From Eledone cirrhosa (Eukaryota): a stretch of 64,000 nucleotides of DNA. Of this stretch, positions 1-13,497 are shown piece by piece. The stretch is taken from assembly GCA_964016885.1 (NCBI GenBank), contig OZ024740.1, forward strand, positions 434,001 to 498,000. Direction: 5' to 3'. Position 1 is the first letter of the stretch; the number at the start of each line of letters is the position of its first letter. The translations under genes were made by a program, and so were the position numbers. Under the pieces are notes generated by a model. That model was given only the letters and a program-made list of their open reading frames with translations, did no database searches and was not told where the DNA came from.

Positions 1-1821
1 AGTAAAGGAGATGCACTATATAGAGGAAACTATAGAGGCATTAAATTAATTGACCAGGTCATGAAGGTCACGGAGAGCAAATTGATCTAGACGAAATGTA
101 GTTTGGGTTTGTGTCAGGTAAAAGAACCACAGACGCCCTTTTCCTTGTACGACAACTACAGGAGAAGTACCTAGCTAAAAGTAAACCCCTATACTTAGCT
201 TTTGTTGACTTGGAAAAAGCCTTTGACAGTGTCCCCCACTCCATTATCTGGTGGGCTCTCAGAAAACTAGGTGTTGATGAATGGCTTGTGAGAGCTATAC
301 AAGCCATGTATAAAGAAACAGTCAGCAAGGTTAGAATTAACAACAAATATAGTGAAGAGCTTAGCGTAAAAGTTGGTGTTCATCAGGGCTCTGTCCTCCC
401 CCCCCCCCTCCTATTTATTATTGCCCTTCAGGCTATAACAGAGGAGTTTAAGACCGCCTGCCCATGGGAACTCCTATATGCAGATGATCTAACGTTCATA
501 GCTGAATCAATGGCTGAACTAGAGAAGAAATTCCAAGCATGGAAGCATGGCCTAGAATCAAAAGGCCTTAAAATTAACTTGTTTAAGACTAAAGTTCTAG
601 TATGTAGGAAGGAAAATAGGGCACCGGTCCCATCTGGGAAATAGCCATGCTCAGTGTGTAGGAAAGGAGTAGGCAGAAATTCCATTTTATGTCCCAAATG
701 CAAAGTATGGGTGCATAAAAGATGTAGTGGGATCACAGGTAAGCTATCTAAGAACGTAGATTTTATATGTGGCCGGTGCTCAGGTGCAATAAGTAGCAAG
801 TGCCCACAGGATACTAGCTCCTTCTATTGCCCAGATGGTACTATAGAAATAGTGGACACCTTCCGTTACCTGGGTGACAAAATCAGCAGTGGGGGAGGGA
901 GCTCTGAAAGTACAGTAGCCAGAGTCAGAATGGTTGGAAAAAGTTCAGGGAGCTTATACCACTATTGGCCGCTAAAGGGTTGTCTCTAAAAATGAAAGGC
1001 AGGCTGTATGATGCCTGCATACGAACTGCAATGTTACATGGCAGTGAGACCTGGCCATTGTGTGCAGAGGACCTGCGCAGACTGGAGAGGAACGAAGCAT
1101 GCATGCTCCGCTGGATGTGTAATAGTAATATACGTGAACAGCAAAGCATAAATGAACTAAGTGAGAAACTAGGTATAAAAGGGATCAGATGCTGTTTACT
1201 CAAGAGAAGACTACGTTGGTATGGCCACGTGATGCGCATGAAAGACGTGGCCATACCAATGTATAAAAAAGTGCAGGGCGATCAAAATTGACGGAAGTTA
1301 CGTAGTAGACAGACCCAGAAAAACCTGGGACGATTTGATAAATTCCGACCTTACACACTTACACCTCTCCAAGATAATGTCACTGGACCGAGATCTTGAC
1401 GATATGCAGTAATACAGAAAACCCGCCTTGCCTAAGTACAAAGCGAAACCTACAGTCAGTAGGTACCTCTTAATCAAATATACACACCCCTCCTACTACC
1501 CCAACTCCCCCACCCCCCCATCAACACCACCTCTTTCTCTGTAAAGTTATGTTGGTACCACAACATCCAGTCCTAAATAAATGAGATTGTGTAGGTGTCA
1601 CGACAAAAACACACAGTCCACGCTGTAATGTGGTCATGTAGGTAACACGGTAAAAACCTCCCAGTCCACACTGTAAACGTGGTTGGTGTTAGGAAGGGCA
1701 TCCAGCCGTAGAAAACCTGCCAGACAGTCCTATACGAGCGAGACGACCAATCTTGCCTCAAGTGGGACAATTCCCATCTAAACCCATGCTAGCGTGGAAG
1801 ATAGACGTTAAATGATGATGA
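1..1821 (+). mobile_element. RTE-clade LINE, 3' part (RT, 3'UTR, (ATG)n tail), decayed; runs off the left edge of the window
   Basis: ORFs 111-644, 654-989 and 965-1291 give RT motifs FVDLEKAFD, GVHQGSVL, LLYADDL, FRYLG, MLHGSETW and RRLRWYGHV, broken by stops and frameshifts. Ends ...gacgttaaatgatgatg. Confidence 0.93.
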
Positions 1822-2226
1822 TATATATATATGCAATGAAACATCAGTTCCCAATGCCTCTCATGACAAACAATTTTTCCAAACATAAAACATCTTGGTT
1901 TATGAACGGTGTCTTGAGTAACAAGCTAGCTACAACAGTTGACAACAAGCTTGGAGTATCGGCGGGAGAGCATAACTGCTGTGTGATATCTATTTTTCTT
2001 TCACACTCTCTCTATCTCTCTCAACATTTCTTATCGGAAAAATACTGAGGTTCCACTGAATATTTAAAAATAAAAGGATATTGAAAATGAAATGAAAAAA
2101 TTATGTATAAAAGACAAAACGTTGGCATCTAATATCTTTCTTCTAAAAGATAAGTTTCTAGAGTGAAAACAAACAAACTAAAAGGATGGACAGTGTTAAA
2201 TAAGTTACGGTAGAGATGTTAGTTAA

Positions 2227-2430
2227 CTCTTTAGCATTTACATTATTCTATATATACTATCGCATTTTCCAAGTAAAGGCTTTACCTCACATAATATCAA
2301 ATCTATGAGATTTTGATATTATGTTGAGAACAATTCCTTAACATCAGCATGAGTGGTTAGTTACAGCCGGTTTGAACAGAAAGTGGTGAAAGAATTCTGG
2401 CTGGATACAGCCAGTTTAAATGTTAAAGAG
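2227..2430. mobile_element. TTAA-flanked MITE (piggyBac-like non-autonomous DNA transposon)
   Basis: TTAA|CTCTTTAGCATTTA ... TAAATGTTAAAGAG|TTAA terminal inverted repeats. A homologous copy in the opposite orientation lies at 28355-29009. Confidence 0.7.
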
Positions 2431-2849
2431 TTAAGAGAAGGATGTTTCTCTGCTTTCCATCAGCTCTGGTTACCCACCAAATTCTAAAATACTTACTGCC
2501 TTTGCTTTCTGACTTTTCTACCTATTCATCTGAACAATGCTTAGCTACCTACTTATTATTGCCACACACACATAAACAAAATATGGAGCTGTGCTTTAAC
2601 CTCTTTTATCAGGCCTTTCTTACAAGACAGTTGATTAAAGATAAGCTTGAAATTGAATGAAAAGGGAGGTGTGGCCTCTGACCTGGATTGTATTTTTAGG
2701 TGAAGTAAGTCATTTTCAGTTCATGTAAGCAATTCAATATTATGGGATAGGCATGAACATGAAATGCTAGGAATGGAAGTCTTATCAAAAACACCAAGAA
2801 ACTCCATATGAGGTCTGACTGGAACTTGTGGAGGCCTGAGCTATAGCAA

Positions 2850-3055
2850 CTGTTTCTAATTTTAGCCCAAGACCAGCAATTTGCTGGGAGGGTGGGGGGT
2901 TGATTACATGGACCTCAGTATTGAACTGGTACTTTATTCTATCTGGAAGGATGAAAAGCAATGTTGGTCTTGGTAGGATTTGAACTCAGAAAAAGCCACA
3001 ACAAATACTGTTAAGAATTTGTCCAATGCCCTGTTGCTGCCAATCCACCATCCTA
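2850..3055 (-). mobile_element. tRNA-derived SINE (Nin/Deu-like core), degenerate
   Basis: Reverse complement of the SINE seen at 45575 (ctggtactttatt...aaggatgaaaagca...gatttgaactcaga). Confidence 0.7.
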
Positions 3056-3248
3056 ATGGTCTGATCTATAAAAATATCATTATTATAACAGCACCTATTT
3101 ATTATCATCACCATAATGTACTCTCTCATTAAAGCATAACTCACATCAACCTAATACTATTTTCTGTTTTGTATGGTCTTTCTGACTTTCTCCATTGAAC
3201 CAAAGATCTCTGTTATTGTCTTTTCTCATCTACATATGCATATATATA

Positions 3249-3347
3249 CAGGGTGTCCCAAAAAATGCATACACACTTCCACATTATTCTAATAAATATT
3301 ACCTGTACAGGTAATCAAAGTGTGTATACATTTTTTGGGACACCCTG
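3249..3347. mobile_element. Tc1/mariner-type MITE (99 bp)
   Basis: About 30-bp TIRs CAGGGTGTCCCAAAAAATGCATACACACTT / AAGTGTGTATACATTTTTTGGGACACCCTG. TA on the left, TG on the right (probably a mutated TSD). Confidence 0.85.
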
Positions 3348-3420
3348 TGTATATATATATATGTGTGTATGTACATATATATTTTTTTATGTATATGTGT
3401 GTGTGTATGTATATATGTTG

Positions 3421-3935
3421 GGTCGCTCTCGAGTGCTACTGGTAACATTTAACCCAGTACAGCCTGTCTCATGGTCGGGTTGTCAGCGACTAAACCAGCA
3501 ACCCCACGAAGCTTACTTGGTTATGAGGGTGATATTTGCACACCCTGTGGGATGAAATACAAGACCCGGCAAAGGGCAAAGGAACTTAGCAGAGTCAACA
3601 GCCATCCAAATAGAACCTTTTTTTTTTCTATTTACCTGGGAGTGAAAGGTCCCCAGTTGTTATCACAACACCTTTCTAGGAGAGGGAAATTCAGGAAAAA
3701 AACCTGCAGCTTCAGAAGCATCCGATGATGTTGACCAGTTCTCCTTTTTGGGTAGTGTTTTCGATGCTCAGAGTTTCGATGGTCGAGTGCAAGGCATTTT
3801 CCCACTTTAAAAAAGCACAGGTATTGCTTGTTCAGGATATGTTACAGGTTTGTGTGGCTGGCTATAGCCTAAAAGTGCACCAAACTCTATAATCTGACAA
3901 GCGATTGCAGTACTCTTAGCAGAGTTTGTAGCCAT
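3421..3935 (+). mobile_element. Probable 5'UTR fragment of a non-LTR retrotransposon
   Basis: Higher-GC block between (TA)-rich tracts. Shares actaaaccagc, gagggt, acaaga and aaaggg..gaact motifs in the same order with 20750-21045. Confidence 0.4.
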
Positions 3936-3941
3936 CATGTA

Positions 3942-3945
<4 letters not shown>

Positions 3946-4021
<76 letters not shown>
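3946..4021. repeat. (TA)n microsatellite
   Basis: Direct reading. Confidence 0.97.
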
Positions 4022-4025
<4 letters not shown>

Positions 4026-5035
4026 TACAGTCGTTAGAGCATCAGATTAAATGCTTCTGTGTTTGTTCCAGTTCTGTGTATTTCACCATTCGTCCTTTTG
4101 TGATCAATGGAGTGGATTGAATCGTTAAAGTGTTGTGTTGGATATTTTGCATTCTAAGTTCATTTTTTACCTCATGTTACCAGAACAGTGGTCTTTTGTC
4201 GGGAGTTGCAATGGAAAGATCAATGGAAATTTATATGCCTATAGTTTGATCTAATTTGCAGTTTCTCTCCTCTTTCCTTATATATACATACAAGGTCTCG
4301 TAACTCCCAAGAGAGTCGTAGGAAACACTGTATAGACATATGGCGTTTCTAGGGCATTTTTAAACCTGGCAGAGCCTATCTCCTCTCCAGGTCTGAATAC
4401 AACAGATTTCTTCCAGAGAAAGATAGAGAGTGAGAGAAAGGAAGTGAGAAAGAGATATAGAGGAAGGATCAACCCCAATATTTGACTGGTACTTTTTTTA
4501 TCAACCTCGAAAGGAGGACAGGCAAAGTTGACCTCAGCGGGATTTGAACTCAGCAAGCCAAAACAAATACTGCAAAACACTCTATCCAACTTTCTAATGA
4601 CTGCCAATTTGGTGCCCATTTCCTTATATACACACACACACACACACACACTTATTCGAATATCCAAGGCCTGATCTCACGCAAAAGAACAGCCTATCCT
4701 ACCCATGCTTGTATGGAAGATTGACGTTAAATGATGATACACACACAAATACACATATATATACACACACACATACAAATATACATATATGCACATGCAC
4801 ACAGACACACAAACATATACATGTTTTGGTTGTAAAGGAACCATTTCAAGTTAAGATGACAGTGTAAGGTGATTTACAATTGTTTAATGAATTGACATCA
4901 ATCAAAGTTGTATTGTTTCTTATTTGCTGCAGTTAATTGTTGCTGCCATTAAATACTGCAGCAATTACATAATACAGTCTAGTGACAGTATTTAGTGCTG
5001 CTGACTTGGTAAATCATTGGAATCCATCACTACAC

Positions 5036-5462
<427 letters not shown>

Positions 5463-5685
5463 CCACAGTCCACGCTGTAATGTGGCCGTGTAGGCAACAC
5501 GGTAAAAACCTCCCAGACCCACACTGTAAATGTGGTTGGTGTTAGGAAGGGCATCCAACTGTAGAAAACCTGCCAGACAGTCCTATGCGAGCAAGACAAT
5601 CACTCTTGCCTCAAGTGGGACTACCCCCGTCCAAACCCATGCAAGCGTGGAACACGGACGTTAAACGTTGATGATGATGATGATG
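5463..5685 (+). mobile_element. RTE 3'-end fragment or RTE-tailed short element
   Basis: Near-identical to 62570-62797 and to the 3'UTR at 1610-1821; (GAT)n tail. Confidence 0.88.
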
Positions 5686-5889
5686 TGTGTGTATATACAT
5701 CACTCAGTCAAACGACCAGATTTCAACCCCAACATCTACAACAACAACACCGGCACTAATGTTCACAGCAACAACAGCTTCAGAATGAATTGAAATGAAC
5801 ATTTACAACAACAACAGTGGCATCAAAAGATAATAAAAACAAAAAAAATTAAAAAAACCACAAACAAACACACAAAAACTCAAAATAAC

Positions 5890-5957
<68 letters not shown>

Positions 5958-6353
5958 ACACAACAACATCAACTGCCACAACCACCACCACCGCCGCCGC
6001 CATCACCACCACCGCCGCCACCATCACCATCACCACCGCCGCCATCACCATCACCAGCAACCGGGCCTTAAAAAAACAACTTGAATTATTCTTCTGCTTT
6101 TGGCTTGGATCCAGCGACTGGTCCAGCGCATCACTGGTACTCTCTTTTGTTGACTCCGTGGGGAAGAATATATTGAAATACTTAACTAAAACACACACAC
6201 TCAAAACTAGAATGGCCTAACCAGCAAAAATCCAAACAGAACTGGTCTGATAATGAAATCGACATTCTAATAAACACATGGCATTGCCTTACCCAAACAG
6301 AAGACATAGATGCTTCATGTCTGAACGACATTGCTAAACGTACAGTTCACCTT

Positions 6354-7376
6354 TTGAAAACCCGATCTGAACAACAGATTCAAAATAAATTAAAGCAAAT
6401 CGAAGCTGCTTTTAAATTAATCAATAAACACTTGGATAAACTACGGTGTGTTTTTTCTTCGGATGCTGTCCAGCAGCAGCAACAGCAGCAACAACAACAA
6501 CAGCAGCAACAACGGCAACAGCTACAACAACAACAACAGCAACATCAACAACGACAACAACAACAACAGTGTGAACCACTCCTTGATTCATCAACAATGG
6601 CCGATCTACTAATTGAAACTATTGACCTCCCAGTAGCCACTGTCTTACAGCAGGAAACGCCTCTTCCTTTCTCTGCCCCAGCAGTCCAATCATCACCACT
6701 GCCAACATCTCCTCTGCCTACTACTACTACTACTGCTGCTACTATTACTACTACATCTTTGCCTACTGCTATCTCAAGAAATTTACCTTCTAATACCAGT
6801 ACAAGAACTCTCCATCCCACAGCCCACACAGGTCGTCAAAACCTACTCAAACTATCATCTACACCTCTCACAACACACACACACACATACATACCCACTC
6901 GAAACCCTATCATTTGCCGCTACTCTCTACGCTATAGAATATGTACGGATAGTGGCTGCAAATTCACCCATTTACCTAGGACAAAACGGTCTATCCCCAC
7001 AAACAGCCACCACCATAATACATACTCTAATTTAACACCAACACAACCACCAATAACTCAAACAAGGAATCCACAAATCTGCCGCTTTTCCCTGCGAGAC
7101 AGATTGTGTTTACACCGGGATTGTCCCTTTACCCATCTCCCGGGGACCCGTCGGACAAATGAAAATAAAAATAAAAATAAAAGCAAAAACAAAAACCATA
7201 ACGTACATAAAAATAACCACTACCACAGTCACCAACAGTCTCCTAAACAGGAAACTTCTTCCTCTTTTTTAGCTATAATGAATCTGGCAAAAGAACTGGA
7301 AAAAAACATTCGAGCTATCACCCAGCACCACCCTCCACTATCACCCCACTGCACAAACTCCCATTGCTGCCATTAA
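6354..7376 (+). CDS. CR1 ORF1-like protein: coiled-coil N-terminus, poly-Q, Ser/Thr/Pro linker, two CCCH zinc fingers
   Basis: 340-aa ORF immediately upstream of the APE domain, with two C-x8-C-x4-C-x3-H motifs. True start uncertain (the track start is TTG). Confidence 0.7.
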   Translation: MKTRSEQQIQNKLKQIEAAFKLINKHLDKLRCVFSSDAVQQQQQQQQQQQQQQRQQLQQQQQQHQQRQQQQQCEPLLDSSTMADLLIETIDLPVATVLQQETPLPFSAPAVQSSPLPTSPLPTTTTTAATITTTSLPTAISRNLPSNTSTRTLHPTAHTGRQNLLKLSSTPLTTHTHTYIPTRNPIICRYSLRYRICTDSGCKFTHLPRTKRSIPTNSHHHNTYSNLTPTQPPITQTRNPQICRFSLRDRLCLHRDCPFTHLPGTRRTNENKNKNKSKNKNHNVHKNNHYHSHQQSPKQETSSSFLAIMNLAKELEKNIRAITQHHPPLSPHCTNSHCCH

Positions 7377-10300
7377 CAAACAAACAAATTAACAACACAC
7401 CAAAGCAATTAAAACCATCCACTCTCGCCTCAACATTTTTGCTTAACGCCCAAGGCATCAGCCCTTCCACCAATACTCAAAAATGGAAGATCAAATTCCT
7501 GGAGGACTGGGTTGATGTCCATCCAAACCACATCCCTTTCTTCGTCCTCACTGAAACCCATCTCAGCAACCTCCACTTGGAAGCCGAGGTGAAAGTGAAA
7601 AATTTCAAAGCCATCCGTGCTGATCGCGCTGGCAGAAGAAAGGGTGGGACTGCCATTTATGTCCATAATTCTTTCTCAACAGAGGCTATGAACATATTTA
7701 CTAATGGATACTGCGAAGCAGTCACTGTATTCAGTCAAACCAACAACCTAATAGTAATTGGGCTCTATAGGCCACCCCAAACGCCTCTACCATGCTTCAA
7801 GGAATGCCTCAACAGCATAAAGTGTTTCATCCAAGAGTGTCACCCTGACAACATCTTAATGATGGGGGACTTCAACCTCCCGGAGTTGTCTGGTCCACAA
7901 ACAGCCTGCCACCAGGTTCTTCTGCCTCAACCTCTGACAGGGAAGCAGTGGAATCGCTTCTTGACTTCATGGGTGATTTCTTCCTGTCCCAACTGGTGCT
8001 CGAACCAACGAGGTGCCACAAAAACGTCCTAGACTTAATTTTCAGCAATCACACTGACACTATCCACAATATTGCAGTGGAGAAAACTCTACTCTCTGAT
8101 CATGACATGGTTCTCTGTGATCTGAGATTCCACCGTCCAATATACAAACCCAATGTCATCTCTCCTGTCCATCCGTTTGATGCTATGGATTTCCACAGTG
8201 CAAACTGGGAAGCGATCAGTCATGATTTGCACATGTCGACTGGTCCTTCACGCACACTCACACACCCACTAACATCAAAAAGTCCTGGCAGACATTTATG
8301 GACACTGTTACAAACATATGTGCAAAACACACCCCATTAAGAACTATAAACAAATCTAAGAGCAGAATCCCTAGAAATAGAAAAACGCTCATCAGGAAAA
8401 TTAAGAGAACTAACAAAAAAATCAACAAGCTGAAATACTGTCAGCAGCAACACATCAACTTGACTGCCATTTCATCACTAGAGATTAAAAAACATAAACC
8501 TCCAAAACAATATGATGTCTATCATCAACAATCAGAGAAGAGCTGAAGAGGCCTGGGCCATTGAGAAGATCAAACTCAATCCCAAAGTGTTCTTTTCATT
8601 TGCAAAAAAACACAAAATCACTGGCTCTACTGTTGGCCCTCTAATTGATGAAAATGGTACTCTTCAAGACAATGCTAAAACCATGGGTGAGATACTGCAG
8701 AAACAATACTGCTCTGTTTTCAGCAATCCTGATATGGCCGATCTGGGCTGTATCGGCGATGTTACTCCCCATTACACCTTATCGAACGTAACGTTTGGCG
8801 CCCCTGATGTCTTAGCGGCAATAAAGGAAATCAAGCATAATTCAGCAGTAGGTCCCGATAGGTTCCCTGCTTGTGTCTTGAAGGCGTGTCAACACCAACT
8901 TGCATCTCCTCTTGCCAATCTGTGGTGGAACTCACTGGATGCTGGATATGTGCCAGAAAACCTTCTATCCAGTCTGTTGTCCCAGTTTTCAAAAAAGGAA
9001 ACAAATCCCTTGCCGTGAATTACCGTCCAATCTCACTCACCTCTCATATCATTAAGGTATTTGAGAGAGTGGTGAGATCGCGAATGACTCACTTCCTTGA
9101 GAGTAACAATATGCTGAACTCAAACCAGCATGGATTCCGTAATGGAAGGGATTGCCTGACGCAGCTACTGCATCACTTTGATGACATTTTGAGAGCCTTG
9201 GGAGAGGGTTCCAACACTGATGTTATCTACCTTAATTTCAGCAAGACCTTTGACAGGGTTGATCACAACATTCTACTGAGAAAGCTGTCCAATATTGGTG
9301 TCACTGGAAAGCTGCTGCAGTGGATCAAGAGCTTCCTGTCAAACAGAACCCAACATGTTGTAGTCGAAGGAGTCAAATCCAGCCCAGCCAAAGTCAGTAG
9401 TGGGGTCCCACAAGGCACTGTGTTGGGCCCACTTCTCTTTATCATCTGTATTAATGACATCACTGACATCATCAAACACAGCAACATTAGAATTTTCGCT
9501 GATGATTCCAAGCTCCAAATGGTCATCAATGGTGTGGATGACCGGACAAGCCTTCAGTCAGACCTACTGGCTGTTACTCAATGGGCGGAAAAGAACAACA
9601 TGTTACTAAACGAAGACAAATTCGAACTGATCCACTTTGGAAAAGCGGATGCTCTGAAACTCCCGTACTCCCTGCCCTCTGGTGAAACTCTCATAGCATC
9701 TAACAACATCAGAGACTTGGGAGTAACCGTGGACAGCAACATAAGCTGGGCCACGCATATAAGCAGCAAAGTTGACATGGCCCGCAGAATGTGTTCCTGG
9801 ATCCTCAGAACCTTCCAGTCGAGAGATTCCCACACCATTATCCTTCTCTTCTCCACTTTTGCCTGACCACACCTTGAATACTGTTGTCCACTGTGGTCTC
9901 CCCACACGAAACAAAGTATCATGAAACTTGAAGCTCCCCAAAGGGCAATCACGAAAAAGATAGATGGCATGTCAGACCTTGACTACTGGGGTCGACTAGA
10001 AAAGCTGAAACTTTACTCACTCCAACGTAGCCGTGAGCGTTATATTATCTGCATGATGTGGAAAATGTCTCATCAGCACTGCCCAAATGATGTTGGCATC
10101 ACCTTCAAAATACACCCAAGGCTTGGGCCCCGTGCTATCTGTCCCAAACAAAAATCTAAATCGCAACTCATAACAACAATACGGCACAATTATTTCACCT
10201 CAATTGGTCCTGCTCTCTTCAACATCACACCAGGACATGTCAAAACAGAAACTGACCACACAAAACTCAAGAAGTCTTTGGACAAATTCCTCCAAGTAAT

Positions 10301-10382
10301 CCCGGACAAACCACCCACAACCGGATATGTCTCCGCAAACAGTAATTCCCTTCTCGAATGGGACATGGTGCCCAAATCCTGA
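7364..10382 (+). pseudogene. CR1 ORF2 (AP endonuclease + reverse transcriptase), disrupted
   Basis: Split across six ORFs (7364, 7948, 8298, 8512, 8871, 9921) by frameshifts and a stop at 9864-9866. Confidence 0.92.
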
Positions 10383-10467
10383 ATTGAAAGACTTCGCCAG
10401 TTGGTACTATTAAGTTAGACATGGCCTGGGCCAATATTGGCCGAAACATTTCAAAGTTATGTATATG

Positions 10468-12628
10468 TATCATCATCATCATCATCATCAACGTTTAACG
10501 TCCGTGTTCCACGCTTGCATGGGTTTGGACGGGGGTTTTCCCACTTGAGGCAAGAGTGATTATCTTGCTCGCATAGGACTATCTGGCGGGTTTTCTACAG
10601 CTGACACCTACACGATCTCATTTGTTTCGGCCTGGATGTTGTGGCACCAACATAACTTTACATTGAAAGGGGCGGTGTGGATGGGGTGGGACGGGGGTGT
10701 ATTTTGTTAGAGATGCCTACTGACTGTAGTAGGTTTTACTTTGTATTTAGGTAAGGCGGGTCTTCTCTATTACTGAGTACCGCCAAAGGTCTCGGTCCAG
10801 TGACATTGTCTTGGTGAGGTGTAAGTGTGTGAGGTCGGAGTTTATCAGCTCGTCCCAGGTTTTTCTGGGTCTGCCTATTCCGTGGCTACCGTCTATCTTT
10901 ATTGCCCTGCACTTTGTTATACAGCTATCGTCCTTCATGCGCATCACGTGACCATACCAACGTAGCCTTCTCTCTAGTAAACATCTGATCCCTCTTATTT
11001 CTAATTTTTTCCTTAGTTCGTTTATGCTTTGTCGTTCACGTATATTACTATTACACATCCAGCGGAGCATGCAAGCTTCGTTTCTCTCTAGTCTGCGTAT
11101 ATCCTCTGCACACAATGCCCAGGTCTCACTGCCATGCAACATTGCTGTTCGTATGCAGGCATCGTACAACCTGCCTTTCATTTTTAGGGAGAACCTTTTA
11201 GCGGCTAATAGTGGTATAAGCTCTCTGAACTTTTTCCACCCAGTTCTGACTCTAGCTACTGTACTTTCAGAGCACCCTCCCCCACTGCTGATTTTGTCAC
11301 CCAGGTAACGGAAGCTGTCCACTATTTCTATAGAACCCTCTGCGCAGTTGAAAGAGCTAGTATTTTGTGGGCACTTGCTGCTACTTATTGCCCCAGAACA
11401 CCGGCCACATGTAAAATCTATGTTCTTAGTTAGCTTACCTGTGATCCCACTACATCTTTTATGCACCCAAACTTTGCATTTGGGACACTAAATGGAATTT
11501 CTACCTACGCCTTTCCTACACTCCGCGCATGGCCACTTCCCGGAGGGGACCACTGCCTTATTTTCTTTCTTACAAACTAGAACTTTAGTCTTAGCCAGGT
11601 TAATTTTAAGGCGTTTTGATTCTAGGCCGTGCTTCCATGTTTGGAATTTCTTCTCTAGCTCGGCCATTGATTCAGCTATGAGCGTTAGATCATCTGCGTA
11701 TAGGAGTTCCCATGGGCAGCCGGTCTTGAACTCCACTGTTATAGCCTGAAGGGCAATAATAAATAGTAGGGGGCTGAGAACAGAGCCCTGATGAACACCA
11801 ACTTTTACACTAAACTGTTCACTATATTCCTTGTTAATTCTAACCTTGCTGACTGTTTCTTTATACATGGCTTGTATAGCTCTCACAAGCCATTCATCAA
11901 CACCTAGTTTTCTAAGAGCCCACCAGATAATGGAACGGGGGACTCTGTCGAAGGCCTTCTCCAAGTCGACGAAAGCTAAGTATAGGGGTTTACTTTTAGC
12001 TAGGTACTTCTCCTGTAGTTGTCGTACAATGAAAAGAGCGTCTGTGGTACTTTTGCCTGACACAAACCCGAACTACATTTCATCTAGACCAATTCGCTCT
12101 CTGATTAGTTGCGCTATTACTTTTTCCGTGACCTTCATGACCTGGTCGATTAATTTAATGCCTCTATAGTTACTCCTATCTAGGGCGACTCCTTTACCCT
12201 TATAACAGTTAACGATAATGCTGCTACGCCAGTCCTTCGGAACAACCCCATTCTGTATGACTTGGTTGACTATCCGGGTGACCATGGTGTGTCCCACCGT
12301 ACCAGATGCCTTCAGCATCTCGGCAACTATTTTCGAAGGCCCAGCCGCCTTACCCGTCTTCATATCTTTGATTGCCTTACTTATTATACTACCCTCGACT
12401 AACACTGCTGGTCCCTCTATTGGGTCGATGTGGGGGAGACTGTCTTTCTCCCATTTATTCTCCTCATTTAGTAGCCTTTCATAGTGACACTTCCAAGCTA
12501 CCTTCTTATCGGCGTCGGTGATGGCAAGTACACCGTCATCGTTAAGTACACACTTCTCCCCGACAATATCACTGTTTGCCTTGACACATTGCCTAGCAAT
12601 CCTGAACACCTCACGTTTTTGGTCCTCT
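10468..12628 (-). mobile_element. RTE-clade LINE, 5'-truncated, same family as 1-1821
   Basis: ORFs 12073-12628, 11488-12063 and 10747-11466 give KGKG..NYRGIKL, FVDLEKAFD, YADD and GRPRKTW. (CAT)n tail at 10468-10489 and an internal deletion in the 3'UTR. Confidence 0.95.
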
Positions 12629-12635
12629 ATATATG

Positions 12636-12690
<55 letters not shown>

Positions 12691-12704
12691 GTGTATATAT
12701 ATAT

Positions 12705-12748
<44 letters not shown>

Positions 12749-12749
12749 G

Positions 12750-12788
<39 letters not shown>

Positions 12789-12869
12789 GTGTGTATATGT
12801 ATATATATATATATGTGTGTATATATATATGTGTGTATATGTATATATATATATATATGTGTGTATATA

Positions 12870-12914
<45 letters not shown>

Positions 12915-13272
12915 GTATATATATATGTGTGTGTATATATATGTGTGTATATATATATGTGTGTGTATATATATATGTGTGTGTGTGTGTATATATATAT
13001 GTGTATATATATATATATGTGTGTATATATATATATGTGTGTGTGTATATATATATGTGTGTGTATATATATATGTGTGTGTATATATATATATGTGTGT
13101 GTGTATATATATATATATATGTGTGTGTATATATATATATATGTGTGTGTATATATATATATATGTGTGTGTATATATATATATGTGTGTGTGTATATAT
13201 ATATATATGTGTATATATATGTGTGTGTGTATATATATATATGTATATATATATATGTGTGTATATATATAT
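12629..13272. repeat. (TA)n(TG)n compound microsatellite
   Basis: Direct reading. Confidence 0.97.
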
Positions 13273-13497
13273 AAGTTGGAATAGGATGAAACAAAATTTC
13301 ATTTCTCACTCTTAGTACGGCATATATATATATACATATATACATACAGGTACACATATATATATATGTACGTATCAGTTTAGAGGACGTTTATTATAAC
13401 GCCCGCTTTGTCCGTTTGTAAACAAACGGACAGCCTGATTTATGCCGTACGGTGTTAAGGCAACCACGTCACCTTTTTGTTCAACACTGACACAGGA

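Larger units (their letters stand above)
5700..10458 (+). mobile_element. Near full-length CR1-like LINE (5'UTR, ORF1, ORF2 APE-RT, short 3'UTR), frameshifted
   Basis: ORF1 is followed by APE motifs (LNAQG, LTETHL, YRPP, MGDFN, SDH) and RT motifs (NYRPISLTS, QHGFR, GVPQGTVLGP, FADD, RDLGV, LEYCCPLWSP). The 5' boundary is uncertain. Confidence 0.93.

Noticed and set aside
3421-3500. HDV-like ribozyme
   Set aside because: A P1-like G.U-initiated 7-bp stem is present, but there is no GG for P1.1 after it and no recognisable P2 or catalytic C. It is kept only as an unclassified structure.
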